Source: a virus
Taxonomy: Duplodnaviria > Caudoviricetes
Reading direction: 5' to 3' (one strand)
Virus record (IMG/VR): IMGVR_UViG_3300009180_000046
Location: 1-60,918 of that record
Length of the DNA stretch: 60,918 nucleotides
The notes below the pieces were generated by a model. The model was not told the origin of the DNA and did no database searches. It worked only from the letters and a program-made list of their open reading frames with translations. Made by a program: the position numbers and the translations under genes. Shown here one piece after another: positions 6,487 to 14,355 of the stretch; the stretch's first letter is position 1, and every line of letters begins with the position of its first letter.

Positions 6487-8043
6487 ATGATAGTAAAAGA
6501 CATCGTCTTCGGAAGTGAAGGCAGACAGAAATTAATCAAGGGTGTCAATACAATTGCTAATGCAGTTGGCTCAACCCTAGGAGCTCGTGGTCGCACGGTG
6601 CTTATTGAATCGGAGCAACACATTGGTGGCATCACAGTTACCAAGGATGGCGTGACGGTTGCTAAGTCAATTAACTTATTAGACCCGGCTGAGAACCTAG
6701 CGGTAATGATCATGCGAGAAGCGTCTGAGAAGACAGCTAACTCGGCAGGTGATGGGACTACCACATCTATGGTGCTGGCACAAGCCATCATCCATGCTGC
6801 GATGGGAACGCTGACAAAAGAGGACAATACCACACAGGTGCTACGTGACGTGCAGTCTGCTGCTCTAAAGGTGGCCGAGGAGCTGACGGCTATGTCGACA
6901 GAGATTACATCAGACAAGTTGGTGGATGTCGCAACTATATCCGCAAATGGCGACAGCGAGATTGGTAAGATTATAGCTGATGCGTATAATCAAGTTGGTC
7001 TAAGTGGCGTGGTGACAGTTGAGAGTTCGGCAACTGCCGAGACATATGCTGAGGTGATAAGTGGGATGAAGATAGACAGAGGCTTTGCAAGTAAGTACTT
7101 TGTGACAGACCACAAGAAGCAAGAGGCTGTCATGGACAAGCCATACATCTTAGTCACAGACCAACCTGTTACAAACATCAATGACATCTTGCCAATCCTA
7201 GAGTTTATACACCATGGCAGAGGCTCGCTAATTATTATTGGTGAGTTAGATGAGAATGCACTCAACACATTAAATGTGAACAAGATAAAGAGTGGTCTAA
7301 AAGTATGCACTATTATTCCTCCATCATTTGGCTATAAGCGTCATCAGATTATGCAGGACATAGCAATAGCTACTGGGGCTAAGTACTTCTCGGAGCAGAC
7401 TGGTGACAATTTGCTAATGGCAACAATTGACGACTGCGGGCGTGCAAGTAAGGTGGTGAGCTCTAGGTTCAATACTATTATATTCGACGCAGAGGGTGCA
7501 GGTGATGAGCGTGTGCAAGAGCTACACGAGCAGTTAGATGTGGAGACGCAGCCGACCGAGAAAGAATTCTTAAAAGAACGCATCGCTAATCTAGGTGGGG
7601 GCGTGGGTGTCATTAAGGTGGGTGCTAACTCTGACATTGAGCAGAAGGAGAAGAAGGACCGGGTGGATGATGCGGTGTGTGCAGTACGTGCAGCACTAGA
7701 AGAAGGCATCCTTCCAGGTGGAGGGGTGGCTCTAAAGGACATCGCAGCGAGCCTTGAGGTGGAGAACAAAGGCACCGAGATATTACAAATGGCTATGCTC
7801 TCACCTATGATCAAGATACTATCTAATGCAGGCATAGATGTGGATGGGTCAGACTTTGATGAGGGCAGACAATTATCTCAAGAAGGCATAGGGGTGAACG
7901 TGGCTACAGGGGCATACTGCCACATGATGAGCGTTGGCATCATTGACCCAACTAAGGTGACTAAAGAAGCTCTTAAGAATGCGGTGTCAGTAGCAACGAC
8001 ACTTCTATCAACTGAGACGGTCATTACCAACATTAGAGCATAG
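6487..8043 (+). CDS. groEL: chaperonin GroEL
   Basis: VTKDGVTVAK, AGDGTTT, ERIANLGGGVGVIKVGA, GILPGGG, GIIDPTKV motifs; no GGM tail. Confidence 0.97.
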   Translation: MIVKDIVFGSEGRQKLIKGVNTIANAVGSTLGARGRTVLIESEQHIGGITVTKDGVTVAKSINLLDPAENLAVMIMREASEKTANSAGDGTTTSMVLAQAIIHAAMGTLTKEDNTTQVLRDVQSAALKVAEELTAMSTEITSDKLVDVATISANGDSEIGKIIADAYNQVGLSGVVTVESSATAETYAEVISGMKIDRGFASKYFVTDHKKQEAVMDKPYILVTDQPVTNINDILPILEFIHHGRGSLIIIGELDENALNTLNVNKIKSGLKVCTIIPPSFGYKRHQIMQDIAIATGAKYFSEQTGDNLLMATIDDCGRASKVVSSRFNTIIFDAEGAGDERVQELHEQLDVETQPTEKEFLKERIANLGGGVGVIKVGANSDIEQKEKKDRVDDAVCAVRAALEEGILPGGGVALKDIAASLEVENKGTEILQMAMLSPMIKILSNAGIDVDGSDFDEGRQLSQEGIGVNVATGAYCHMMSVGIIDPTKVTKEALKNAVSVATTLLSTETVITNIRA

Positions 8044-8045
8044 AT

Positions 8046-8258
8046 ATGGAACCAATAGACAAAGCATTAGAGTTAGTTAACAAGTTTGCAATATATCTAA
8101 GAGCAAACTTAATGTATGATGAAGATGCTGACGAGGATGCTAAACAATGTGCACTAATTGCAGCGGATGAAATAATAGAATTTATGTCACCTATGGTTAA
8201 CAGTAAACAAGCTTATGATTATTGGGACGAAGTTAAAGAAGAAATAGAGAAGCTATGA
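8046..8258 (+). CDS. small acidic helical protein (P.EKA.EL...EVK.EIEKL family)
   Basis: Paralog of 59310-59540; flanked by 15-bp direct repeats. Confidence 0.75.
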   Translation: MEPIDKALELVNKFAIYLRANLMYDEDADEDAKQCALIAADEIIEFMSPMVNSKQAYDYWDEVKEEIEKL

Positions 8259-8283
8259 TGGGAAAGTTCAACATTAGAGCATA

Positions 8284-8577
8284 ATATTGCACTTAGTGGT
8301 AGAGAAAGCCGACAACTATATCATTAGGCATATAAAAGTATAATATATTGCACTTTTATATGCTATTTGGTATAAAATGTAAACTATAATTTACAAATTT
8401 GTAAATTATTTGCATGAATTTTTCCGAATTATCATGCAGAATTTGCCAAAATATGTAACAAAATGATGCCAAATTCGGAAGTAATACTACTGATATTGCA
8501 GAAAAAGTTAACTTATAAGTTAACATAAACTAAAAATACAAACCAATATTGGGATCAAAATGCTAAAAATACAAACC
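8284..8577. repeat. non-coding array of unrelated palindromes and short direct repeats
   Basis: Inverted repeats at 8328-8363, 8386-8409, 8411-8438, 8507-8524, 8543-8552; direct repeats 8284/8345 and 8530/8563. Confidence 0.8.
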
Positions 8578-8578
8578 G

Positions 8579-8740
8579 ATGGAAGAGTTATTTGAGTTTT
8601 ATTATGAACATTCTCACGAGTTTAAGGGCTACTGGCCTGATACACTTGAAGAGTTTTGCTATAAGTACGAAAATGACGATAACTTCCGAGATACTTGGAA
8701 CAAAAAATATATTGAACACTTAAATAAAATAAAAAAATGA
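8579..8740 (+). CDS. small acidic aromatic-rich protein (53 aa)
   Basis: Manual translation MEELFEFYYEHSHEFKGYWPDTLEEFCYKYENDDNFRDTWNKKYIEHLNKIKK; stop overlaps groES ATG. Confidence 0.6.
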   Translation: MEELFEFYYEHSHEFKGYWPDTLEEFCYKYENDDNFRDTWNKKYIEHLNKIKK

Positions 8741-8994
8741 AAGTCATTGGGAAAAATTTATTGATCGTTCCTCAAGAGGAGGAGACAAAGTCTAAAGGTG
8801 GGTTGATTATGACCGGTGTAGACGCAAATGAGCTACGTTACAAGAAAGCAACCGTGGTATCACAAGGCTCGTTAGTGGATGGCATCAAACCAGGCTCATT
8901 TATTTACTTCGACCGTGCAGCTGGCCACAGCATTCGCATCAATGAAGACCTATACACGGTCATCACTGAGAAAGATGTGGTGGTGGTGCTTTAA
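8737..8994 (+). CDS. groES: co-chaperonin GroES
   Basis: EETKSKGGLIMT mobile loop, ATVVSQG, IKPG, VITEKDVVVVL. Confidence 0.9.
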   Translation: MKVIGKNLLIVPQEEETKSKGGLIMTGVDANELRYKKATVVSQGSLVDGIKPGSFIYFDRAAGHSIRINEDLYTVITEKDVVVVL

Positions 8995-9000
8995 AATATT

Positions 9001-9124
9001 AGTCAGGTGGCGGAACGATTGCTCTAAAAGTTTAAAAGCCGATGGAGTTGTTTTGGTTAGACGCAATAAATGTAATAAGTCTATAAAGCATTTATTCTTA
9101 CAGGTTCGAATCCTGTCCTGACTA
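9001..9124 (+). ncRNA. tRNA-like RNA with inserted D-loop hairpin and non-canonical anticodon arm
   Basis: Acceptor AGTCAGG/CCTGACT; T-arm ACAGG-TTCGAAT-CCTGT; D-arm GCG..GG..CGC; 8-bp stem with 16-nt loop in place of a 7-nt anticodon loop. Confidence 0.75.
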
Positions 9125-9628
9125 AAAATCTTTATTAAGTCTATCAATGACCCTGTCATATTGTCGTTTGGCAAAGTGATGGGGTTTATTGTTAATAGGT
9201 TTGATGTCAGACAGATTAGGAATCTCTCTTTCTCCCTGCAACATCTCATAAACTTGCTTCATTAGCGACTTGGCCTTAAAGGATAGCTCAAAAATAGCCC
9301 GCTGACCAGGCTTAGGCTTTCTAAAGTGTATAATTAAGCCCTTATTCATCAAATCTCTCTTGCGATCCTGCGTAAATCCAAAGATTTGGGCATACTGGTC
9401 GAACTGATGGTTATCAAAAATGTGTTCAGAGTAGAGATAGCATAGCATCTCAAAGTCTTCTAGGCTCAGTCCATGCTTATGACGCACCCATGCACGCACT
9501 ACTTTAATGTATTTAAGAAAGTCTTTGTCAACCTCTGGTCGCACGGCAACTATTGGTTTTTTCTTGTATACACGCACTTTGATAGCCTTAGACTTTATAG
9601 CCCTTGGCTTCATATATGTTTTGATCAT
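9122..9628 (-). CDS. putative winged-HTH (MarR-like) regulator
   Basis: GLSLEDFEMLCYLY...LMNKGLIIHF...IFELSFKAK wHTH pattern; own promoter. Confidence 0.6.
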   Translation of the reverse strand: MIKTYMKPRAIKSKAIKVRVYKKKPIVAVRPEVDKDFLKYIKVVRAWVRHKHGLSLEDFEMLCYLYSEHIFDNHQFDQYAQIFGFTQDRKRDLMNKGLIIHFRKPKPGQRAIFELSFKAKSLMKQVYEMLQGEREIPNLSDIKPINNKPHHFAKRQYDRVIDRLNKDF

Positions 9629-9632
9629 TTGA

Positions 9633-9665
9633 TTTGATTTAATATTACAAAATTACTTATCTTTG
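9633..9665. promoter_or_regulatory. back-to-back divergent promoters
   Basis: Minus TAATTTTG (9648-9655); plus TTTG-N21-TATCTTTG (9658-9665). Confidence 0.6.
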
Positions 9666-9684
9666 TTGAATAATAAATAGTATT

Positions 9685-9882
9685 ATGGAAAAGCCAAAAA
9701 GCAAAAGAGTCAATATTTTAGTTGATAAATCTTTTAATGTACCATTAGACAGTCTTAGTAAAATTAATTCTGAAAAATTTTTTAATAATAATTTAGAAAA
9801 AACTAAAGATAGACTTAAAAAACAGTATTATGGAGTTCGTAATTCATCTATCCCATTAGCCCCAACACAATTCCCAGACTAA
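9685..9882 (+). CDS. small basic protein with C-terminal R..(S)IPLAPT motif
   Basis: 65-aa ORF after promoter. Confidence 0.65.
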   Translation: MEKPKSKRVNILVDKSFNVPLDSLSKINSEKFFNNNLEKTKDRLKKQYYGVRNSSIPLAPTQFPD

Positions 9883-9896
9883 TAATAAATAACAAT

Positions 9897-10208
9897 ATGG
9901 CAAAGCAAAAACCAAGTTCAATGACGACAGTTGGCGAACTAAAGAAGACAGTTCGTAATATGACTCGTGAAAATACAGAACGCGAAGATTATCGCACAAT
10001 GTTGCAAAAAAATATCAACAATGGAATGCCTGATCGAATGGCTATAGACGCTGTAAAAGATATGAAGCAGATGCGTAAAGAGAAAGCATATTACTATCCA
10101 ATCATTCAGAGATATCAAGGCTTAATTGATTCAAAAACAAAGGGTCGTGATACACCACTTCCTTCGTCTGAAGGATTGTTCGATAAAATTAAAGGATACT
10201 TTAAGTAA
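9897..10208 (+). CDS. small basic protein with GRDTPLP motif
   Basis: 103-aa ORF, MAKQKP start. Confidence 0.7.
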   Translation: MAKQKPSSMTTVGELKKTVRNMTRENTEREDYRTMLQKNINNGMPDRMAIDAVKDMKQMRKEKAYYYPIIQRYQGLIDSKTKGRDTPLPSSEGLFDKIKGYFK

Positions 10209-10588
10209 TGAAAAATGTTATTAAGAAAGCTACTAAGTTTGAATCCGCTAAATCTTTAGAAGGATATATGAGCTTTTTAAAAGGTAACGTAGGTAAAATA
10301 GATAATATGGAAAAGAAATCAAAGGTTACTCAAACAATTAAAAGCACTAAGGTTAATGCAAAAAAACTTTGGGGTTATGCTAATAATTTAGAAAAAGAAT
10401 CTGAGGCTAATAAGTTCATGAGCAATGTGCTAGATAAAGCGGGCATGAAAAAATCTTCTGATGGATACTTTCGTTTATCTGAAGAGCAAGGATCAAATTC
10501 TACTCGATATAGAGATAAGGCAATTAATGCAATAAATAAAGCAACAGGCAGGGATATTCCTTTGCCTGCAACCGAATGGAATAGTTAA
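10208..10588 (+). CDS. basic protein with GRDIPLP motif
   Basis: 126-aa ORF, TAATG-coupled. Confidence 0.7.
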   Translation: MKNVIKKATKFESAKSLEGYMSFLKGNVGKIDNMEKKSKVTQTIKSTKVNAKKLWGYANNLEKESEANKFMSNVLDKAGMKKSSDGYFRLSEEQGSNSTRYRDKAINAINKATGRDIPLPATEWNS

Positions 10589-10589
10589 T

Positions 10590-10733
10590 ATGAAAAATCA
10601 AGAAAAAACACCAATGACACGCCCAATGCCTAACACGTATATGGGCATCACTAAACTTTCAGCTGCTGGTAAAGCAATGAAAGTTGCTAAAGCAGTAAAA
10701 ACTGTGAAGGCAATTAAAAGAATGTCTAAATAA
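10590..10733 (+). CDS. 47-aa basic (histone-like) peptide
   Basis: Manual translation MKNQEKTPMTRPMPNTYMGITKLSAAGKAMKVAKAVKTVKAIKRMSK. Confidence 0.6.
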   Translation: MKNQEKTPMTRPMPNTYMGITKLSAAGKAMKVAKAVKTVKAIKRMSK

Positions 10734-10742
10734 AAAAATAAC

Positions 10743-11210
10743 ATGGCAAAGCAAAAACCAGGTAAAATGTCAGGTACTCTAAGAAGAATAGAGAGTACTA
10801 TTTTAAGTAAACCCAAATATCCTCAATCTGAATTAAAGATGATTGGACAACCGTACGATTACGATGCAATCGGATTTAAAAACTCTCAGATTGACATGAT
10901 TAAAAGTAAGATGTCCGCTCAAATGAATGAGATGAGTGATATTATTGATCCAAAGTATGCTCCTAAATCACCAGAAAAAGCAGGCCGTGATGTATGGACT
11001 CAAGATTATCCAGGTTCTGGTCGTTCAGAAGGTTTTTTTGAGCCTAATAAACGTAATGCAATTATAGGAGAAGTATATAATGCAAAAGGACCATTAACAG
11101 GCAAGACTGGTTATAGTAAATCTGCTGCTAGTAAATATGGTACAGATTTGGGTAAGATGCAAGGAGACTTATCTTACGGAACAAGAGAGCGTTTTAAGAA
11201 GAAAAAGTAA
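10743..11210 (+). CDS. basic hypothetical protein
   Basis: 155-aa ORF, MAKQKP start. Confidence 0.7.
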   Translation: MAKQKPGKMSGTLRRIESTILSKPKYPQSELKMIGQPYDYDAIGFKNSQIDMIKSKMSAQMNEMSDIIDPKYAPKSPEKAGRDVWTQDYPGSGRSEGFFEPNKRNAIIGEVYNAKGPLTGKTGYSKSAASKYGTDLGKMQGDLSYGTRERFKKKK

Positions 11211-11392
11211 TGCAAGGCTTAGGAGACGTAGTCACCAAAGTTACGCAGGTAACAGGAATAGCAGCCGCTGTTAAAGCCATAGTGGGTGATGACTGCGGCT
11301 GTGAAGCTAGAAGAGAACGCATGAATGCAATGTTCCCATTCCAAACAAAAAAGATAAAAGATGGCAACAACACCCGCCTGGACAAGAAGTGA
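11210..11392 (+). CDS. conserved small phage protein (GLGD...DCGC..R...N..FP)
   Basis: Recognisable motif of Bacteroidota-type phage late regions. Confidence 0.75.
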   Translation: MQGLGDVVTKVTQVTGIAAAVKAIVGDDCGCEARRERMNAMFPFQTKKIKDGNNTRLDKK

Positions 11393-11654
11393 AGGCAAAT
11401 CAAAATCTGGCGGCTTAAATGCGAAGGGTCGTGCATCTTACAAAGAAGGCACACTTAAAGCTCCTGTTAAAGAAGGCACTAATCCACGTCGTGTGTCATT
11501 CGCTGCACGGTTTGCAGGAATGGCTGGGCCAATGAAGAAACCAAATGGCGAGCCGACTAGAAAAGCCTTGGCTTTAAAGGCTTGGGGATTTGGTAGTGTT
11601 GAATCAGCAAGAAAATTTGCTAATAATAATAAGAAAGATGGCAAAACTAAATAA
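11361..11654 (+). CDS. conserved basic phage protein
   Basis: PAWTRSEGK..GGLNAKGRASY...RRVSFAARF...ALKAWG. Confidence 0.75.
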   Translation: MATTPAWTRSEGKSKSGGLNAKGRASYKEGTLKAPVKEGTNPRRVSFAARFAGMAGPMKKPNGEPTRKALALKAWGFGSVESARKFANNNKKDGKTK

Positions 11655-11772
11655 ATTAGGTGTTGAGAATTCCTTATGGGATAACATTCGGGCTAACAAA
11701 GGGTCAGGCAAGAAGCCTACCAAAGAAATGTTAAAGCAAGAGAAGAAGATTATTGCTAAGAAAAAGAAGTAA
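11638..11772 (+). CDS. 44-aa basic peptide
   Basis: MAKLNKLGVENSLWDNIRANKGSGKKPTKEMLKQEKKIIAKKKK. Confidence 0.65.
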   Translation: MAKLNKLGVENSLWDNIRANKGSGKKPTKEMLKQEKKIIAKKKK

Positions 11773-12047
11773 TGAAAGCAACTGCAAAATTTTACGCAAC
11801 CCATCCTGAGGCTCGCAAGAAAAGGCTTGAATATCAAGCTGACTATAATAAACGTCCTGAGCAACTAAAGAAACGCATTGAGCTAAATAAGATCAATCGT
11901 GACCGTGGGCAGTATGCAGACAAAGATGGCAAAGACATGAGCCATAAAAAGAATGGACGTGTTGTTGAGGAATCAGCTAGTAAAAACCGTGGATCTAAAT
12001 CAAATGCTCCAGGTGACAGACGTGCCCGAGGGACTAAAAAAAAATAA
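11772..12047 (+). CDS. basic protein with degenerate HNH-like motif
   Basis: DGKDMSHKKNG...ESASKNRG. Confidence 0.55.
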   Translation: MKATAKFYATHPEARKKRLEYQADYNKRPEQLKKRIELNKINRDRGQYADKDGKDMSHKKNGRVVEESASKNRGSKSNAPGDRRARGTKKK

Positions 12048-12048
12048 T

Positions 12049-12056
12049 TAACTTTG
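12049..12056 (+). promoter_or_regulatory. -7 promoter element
   Basis: TAACTTTG 20 nt before ATG 12077. Confidence 0.55.
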
Positions 12057-12076
12057 TTACTTAAACAAGATAAGAA

Positions 12077-12340
12077 ATGGGAGTTTTAAATTATATGCAG
12101 TCTGGCCGTGCGGCAGCTGTCACACCATCCAATACCGATAATATTCCTAGTGTATCAGGAGGAACAAATGATGAAGGATGTATCCTTTACATTGGGGGAG
12201 CTGGTAACTTAAAGGTGTTAACAATTGGTGGCGATGAGGTTATCTTCTACGCAGTTCCAGCAGGTACAACTCTTCAAGTTCGTGTAGTAAGAGTTTTCTC
12301 TACAGGAACAGCAGCTACCAACATTGTTGCTCTTTGGTAA
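12077..12340 (+). CDS. head spike-base / decoration protein (RcGTA Rcc01079-like)
   Basis: AAAVTPS...LYIGGAGNLKV...VPAGT.L.VRV.RV..TGT.AT.IVALW. Confidence 0.7.
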   Translation: MGVLNYMQSGRAAAVTPSNTDNIPSVSGGTNDEGCILYIGGAGNLKVLTIGGDEVIFYAVPAGTTLQVRVVRVFSTGTAATNIVALW

Positions 12341-12504
12341 TGACGGAAGACGATTTGAAAATAGGGATACTGAACATGACGAGCTTAATGCTGTCATTTA
12401 CAACTATCGAGACTACACTGCGTGTTCTCTTGTTAGGTATATCAATTGCGTACACAGGGTTTAAGCTATATAAAATTATAAAAGAAAGAAGTAAATGGCT
12501 TTAA
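12340..12504 (+). CDS. putative holin (54 aa)
   Basis: Manual translation MTEDDLKIGILNMTSLMLSFTTIETTLRVLLLGISIAYTGFKLYKIIKERSKWL. Confidence 0.55.
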   Translation: MTEDDLKIGILNMTSLMLSFTTIETTLRVLLLGISIAYTGFKLYKIIKERSKWL

Positions 12505-12740
12505 AAGATATTTTTAAAGACTCTAATGACATCAACGAGCAATCAGTTGCAGCATTTATTGCAATTGGCTTAGTTGTTATTATCACCATTGTGGATGTTG
12601 TAACAGGCGTACTTGGTCGTGAATTAGTTATTAAAGAGTTTATTTTTATTTCTCTTTTAACATTTGCTGCTGCAGCCTTAGGTATTGCAGGATATAAAGC
12701 ATTAAATAGTAAGTCAAATGGCGAAGGCGAAAGCGAGTAA
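12495..12740 (+). CDS. 2-TM membrane protein (holin-like)
   Basis: Two hydrophobic helices; lysis-region context. Confidence 0.65.
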   Translation: MALKDIFKDSNDINEQSVAAFIAIGLVVIITIVDVVTGVLGRELVIKEFIFISLLTFAAAALGIAGYKALNSKSNGEGESE

Positions 12741-12843
12741 TGAATCCAAGAAGATCACCTTTGGTGTAAGACGCAAGGGTAAGCATTCAAAGACAAGTGG
12801 CCCAAAAGACAGACGTACAAAAAAAAGTAGAGGCCAAGGATGA
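12718..12843 (+). CDS. 41-aa basic peptide ending RGQG
   Basis: Manual translation MAKAKASNESKKITFGVRRKGKHSKTSGPKDRRTKKSRGQG. Confidence 0.6.
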   Translation: MAKAKASNESKKITFGVRRKGKHSKTSGPKDRRTKKSRGQG

Positions 12844-12952
12844 TGAAAGCTGCCATATATATTGTTTCGTTTATCGTTGCTATTGCTCTGCTTATTGATA
12901 TTTATTTTGTGTATTTACATTTCTTTGACAATCAAAAAGCTAGACAAATAAC

Positions 12953-13213
12953 ATGGCACTACCAGTATCATTCAAAGACTTTGCAAAAAACCCAGTAGTA
13001 GGCACATTATTTCTTGCTTTAGCTGGGATTTCTTATTTATACATTGATGTTAGAAATACTTTTACGCAACAAATAGAAAGACAAAATGGCAAAATCGACA
13101 AAATGGAAATCAAAGTGGATGCGTGTACTAATCAGCTACGTCGCTCAGATTCTCTCCTCTCAGCTAGTGCGAGCAAAATCATGGTTCTACAACAACTTGG
13201 TCAAATAAAATGA
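12953..13213 (+). CDS. TM + coiled-coil lysis protein (holin or inner-spanin-like)
   Basis: N-terminal TM then heptad region. Confidence 0.55.
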   Translation: MALPVSFKDFAKNPVVGTLFLALAGISYLYIDVRNTFTQQIERQNGKIDKMEIKVDACTNQLRRSDSLLSASASKIMVLQQLGQIK

Positions 13214-13578
13214 GAAGTTTAGTTTTTATTTTTTTGGGTATGTTTTTATATTCTTGCTCAACAGCAGTTGCTGAACAAGATAAAAATGAAACAGACTTAG
13301 ATAATAAAAATGTTGTAGCTAAAGATGATGACTTTGCAGCCATTATGCTGCGTTCTAAAAATACAAGCACTTTTGCTTTTAGTGCTGCTAACAAAGCAGA
13401 CAAAGCTGTTGTAAATAAAATTGAGGTAACAGTTAGCAAGATTGACGAACTAGAAACCAAGGTAGAGGATTTAATAAAAACTAATGAAGAACTTAAGACT
13501 AAAGCCAATAGCATTGTTATTGAGTCTTATATTATTGAGCCAATTATCGATAGCACAATATCCAAAGAGGATAATTAA
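13210..13578 (+). CDS. putative lipoprotein (spanin-like)
   Basis: Signal peptide with lipobox LYSC; coiled coil. Confidence 0.55.
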   Translation: MRSLVFIFLGMFLYSCSTAVAEQDKNETDLDNKNVVAKDDDFAAIMLRSKNTSTFAFSAANKADKAVVNKIEVTVSKIDELETKVEDLIKTNEELKTKANSIVIESYIIEPIIDSTISKEDN

Positions 13579-13891
13579 TGGTGATACGTTGGTGGTTATG
13601 ACTGAAGGTCAGGCAATTAATATAAATAAGACTTTTAATAATTTAAAATCAGATAGTAAGCGTAGTAAATTACGTTCTGATTCGCTTAGTATTATGTTAA
13701 ACAAAGAGAGGTATAACTTCTCTAAGTCATTAGAGAATGCAGAAAACGCATATATGTTAAGTGAGGAAGAAAACCAAATGTTAAGAGAAACTCAAGGTTC
13801 GCTTAAGATTGGACGATTCGCAAAAGACATAAGTATAATTACATTTATGTTCACAATAGTAATGTTAATTAAAATATCAACAGGTAGATGA
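13484..13891 (+). CDS. signal peptide + coiled coil + C-terminal TM protein (spanin-like)
   Basis: Hydrophobic N- and C-termini; overlaps the lipoprotein gene. Confidence 0.5.
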   Translation: MKNLRLKPIALLLSLILLSQLSIAQYPKRIINGDTLVVMTEGQAININKTFNNLKSDSKRSKLRSDSLSIMLNKERYNFSKSLENAENAYMLSEEENQMLRETQGSLKIGRFAKDISIITFMFTIVMLIKISTGR

Positions 13892-14355
13892 AAATTTCAG
13901 AACACTTAGACCTTTCGGAGGTAACAAGATCAGAGACAGCAAAAAGAAAAGGAGTTAGCAATGAGCCAACACCTGAGCATTTGGAGAACTTTAAGAAGTT
14001 GGCAGAGCATGTGTTCGAGCCAATTAGAAAACACTTTGGTGTACCTATCCACATTAGTTCTGGTTACAGATCAAAAGCATTAAACGCTGCTATTGGTGGC
14101 TCGGCTACTTCTCAGCATTGCAAGGGAGAAGCTATTGACATTGACATGGATGGATCGTCTAACGGTGTGACTAACAAGATGGTCTTTGATTACATCAAGG
14201 CAAACATTAAGTTTGATCAGATGATCTGGGAGTTTGGTACAGACACGGCACCTGATTGGGTACACGTATCATATGATTCAGATGGTAAGCAAAGAGGTCA
14301 AATTTTAAAAGCAATCAAATCAAACGGAGCTACAAAGTACCTTCCATACAAATAA
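13888..14355 (+). CDS. endolysin, peptidase M15A family
   Basis: ISSGYRS..LN..IGG...SQHCKGEAID...WVHVS. Confidence 0.9.
   Translation: MKISEHLDLSEVTRSETAKRKGVSNEPTPEHLENFKKLAEHVFEPIRKHFGVPIHISSGYRSKALNAAIGGSATSQHCKGEAIDIDMDGSSNGVTNKMVFDYIKANIKFDQMIWEFGTDTAPDWVHVSYDSDGKQRGQILKAIKSNGATKYLPYK

Noticed and set aside
6432-7835. Antisense ORFs within groEL (and similar ones in nrdA, MCP, primase)
   Set aside because: Typical antisense shadows of codon-biased genes; no protein-like features or start context.
8284-8577. CRISPR mini-array
   Set aside because: No constant repeat with regular spacers; the palindromes differ from each other; no cas genes.
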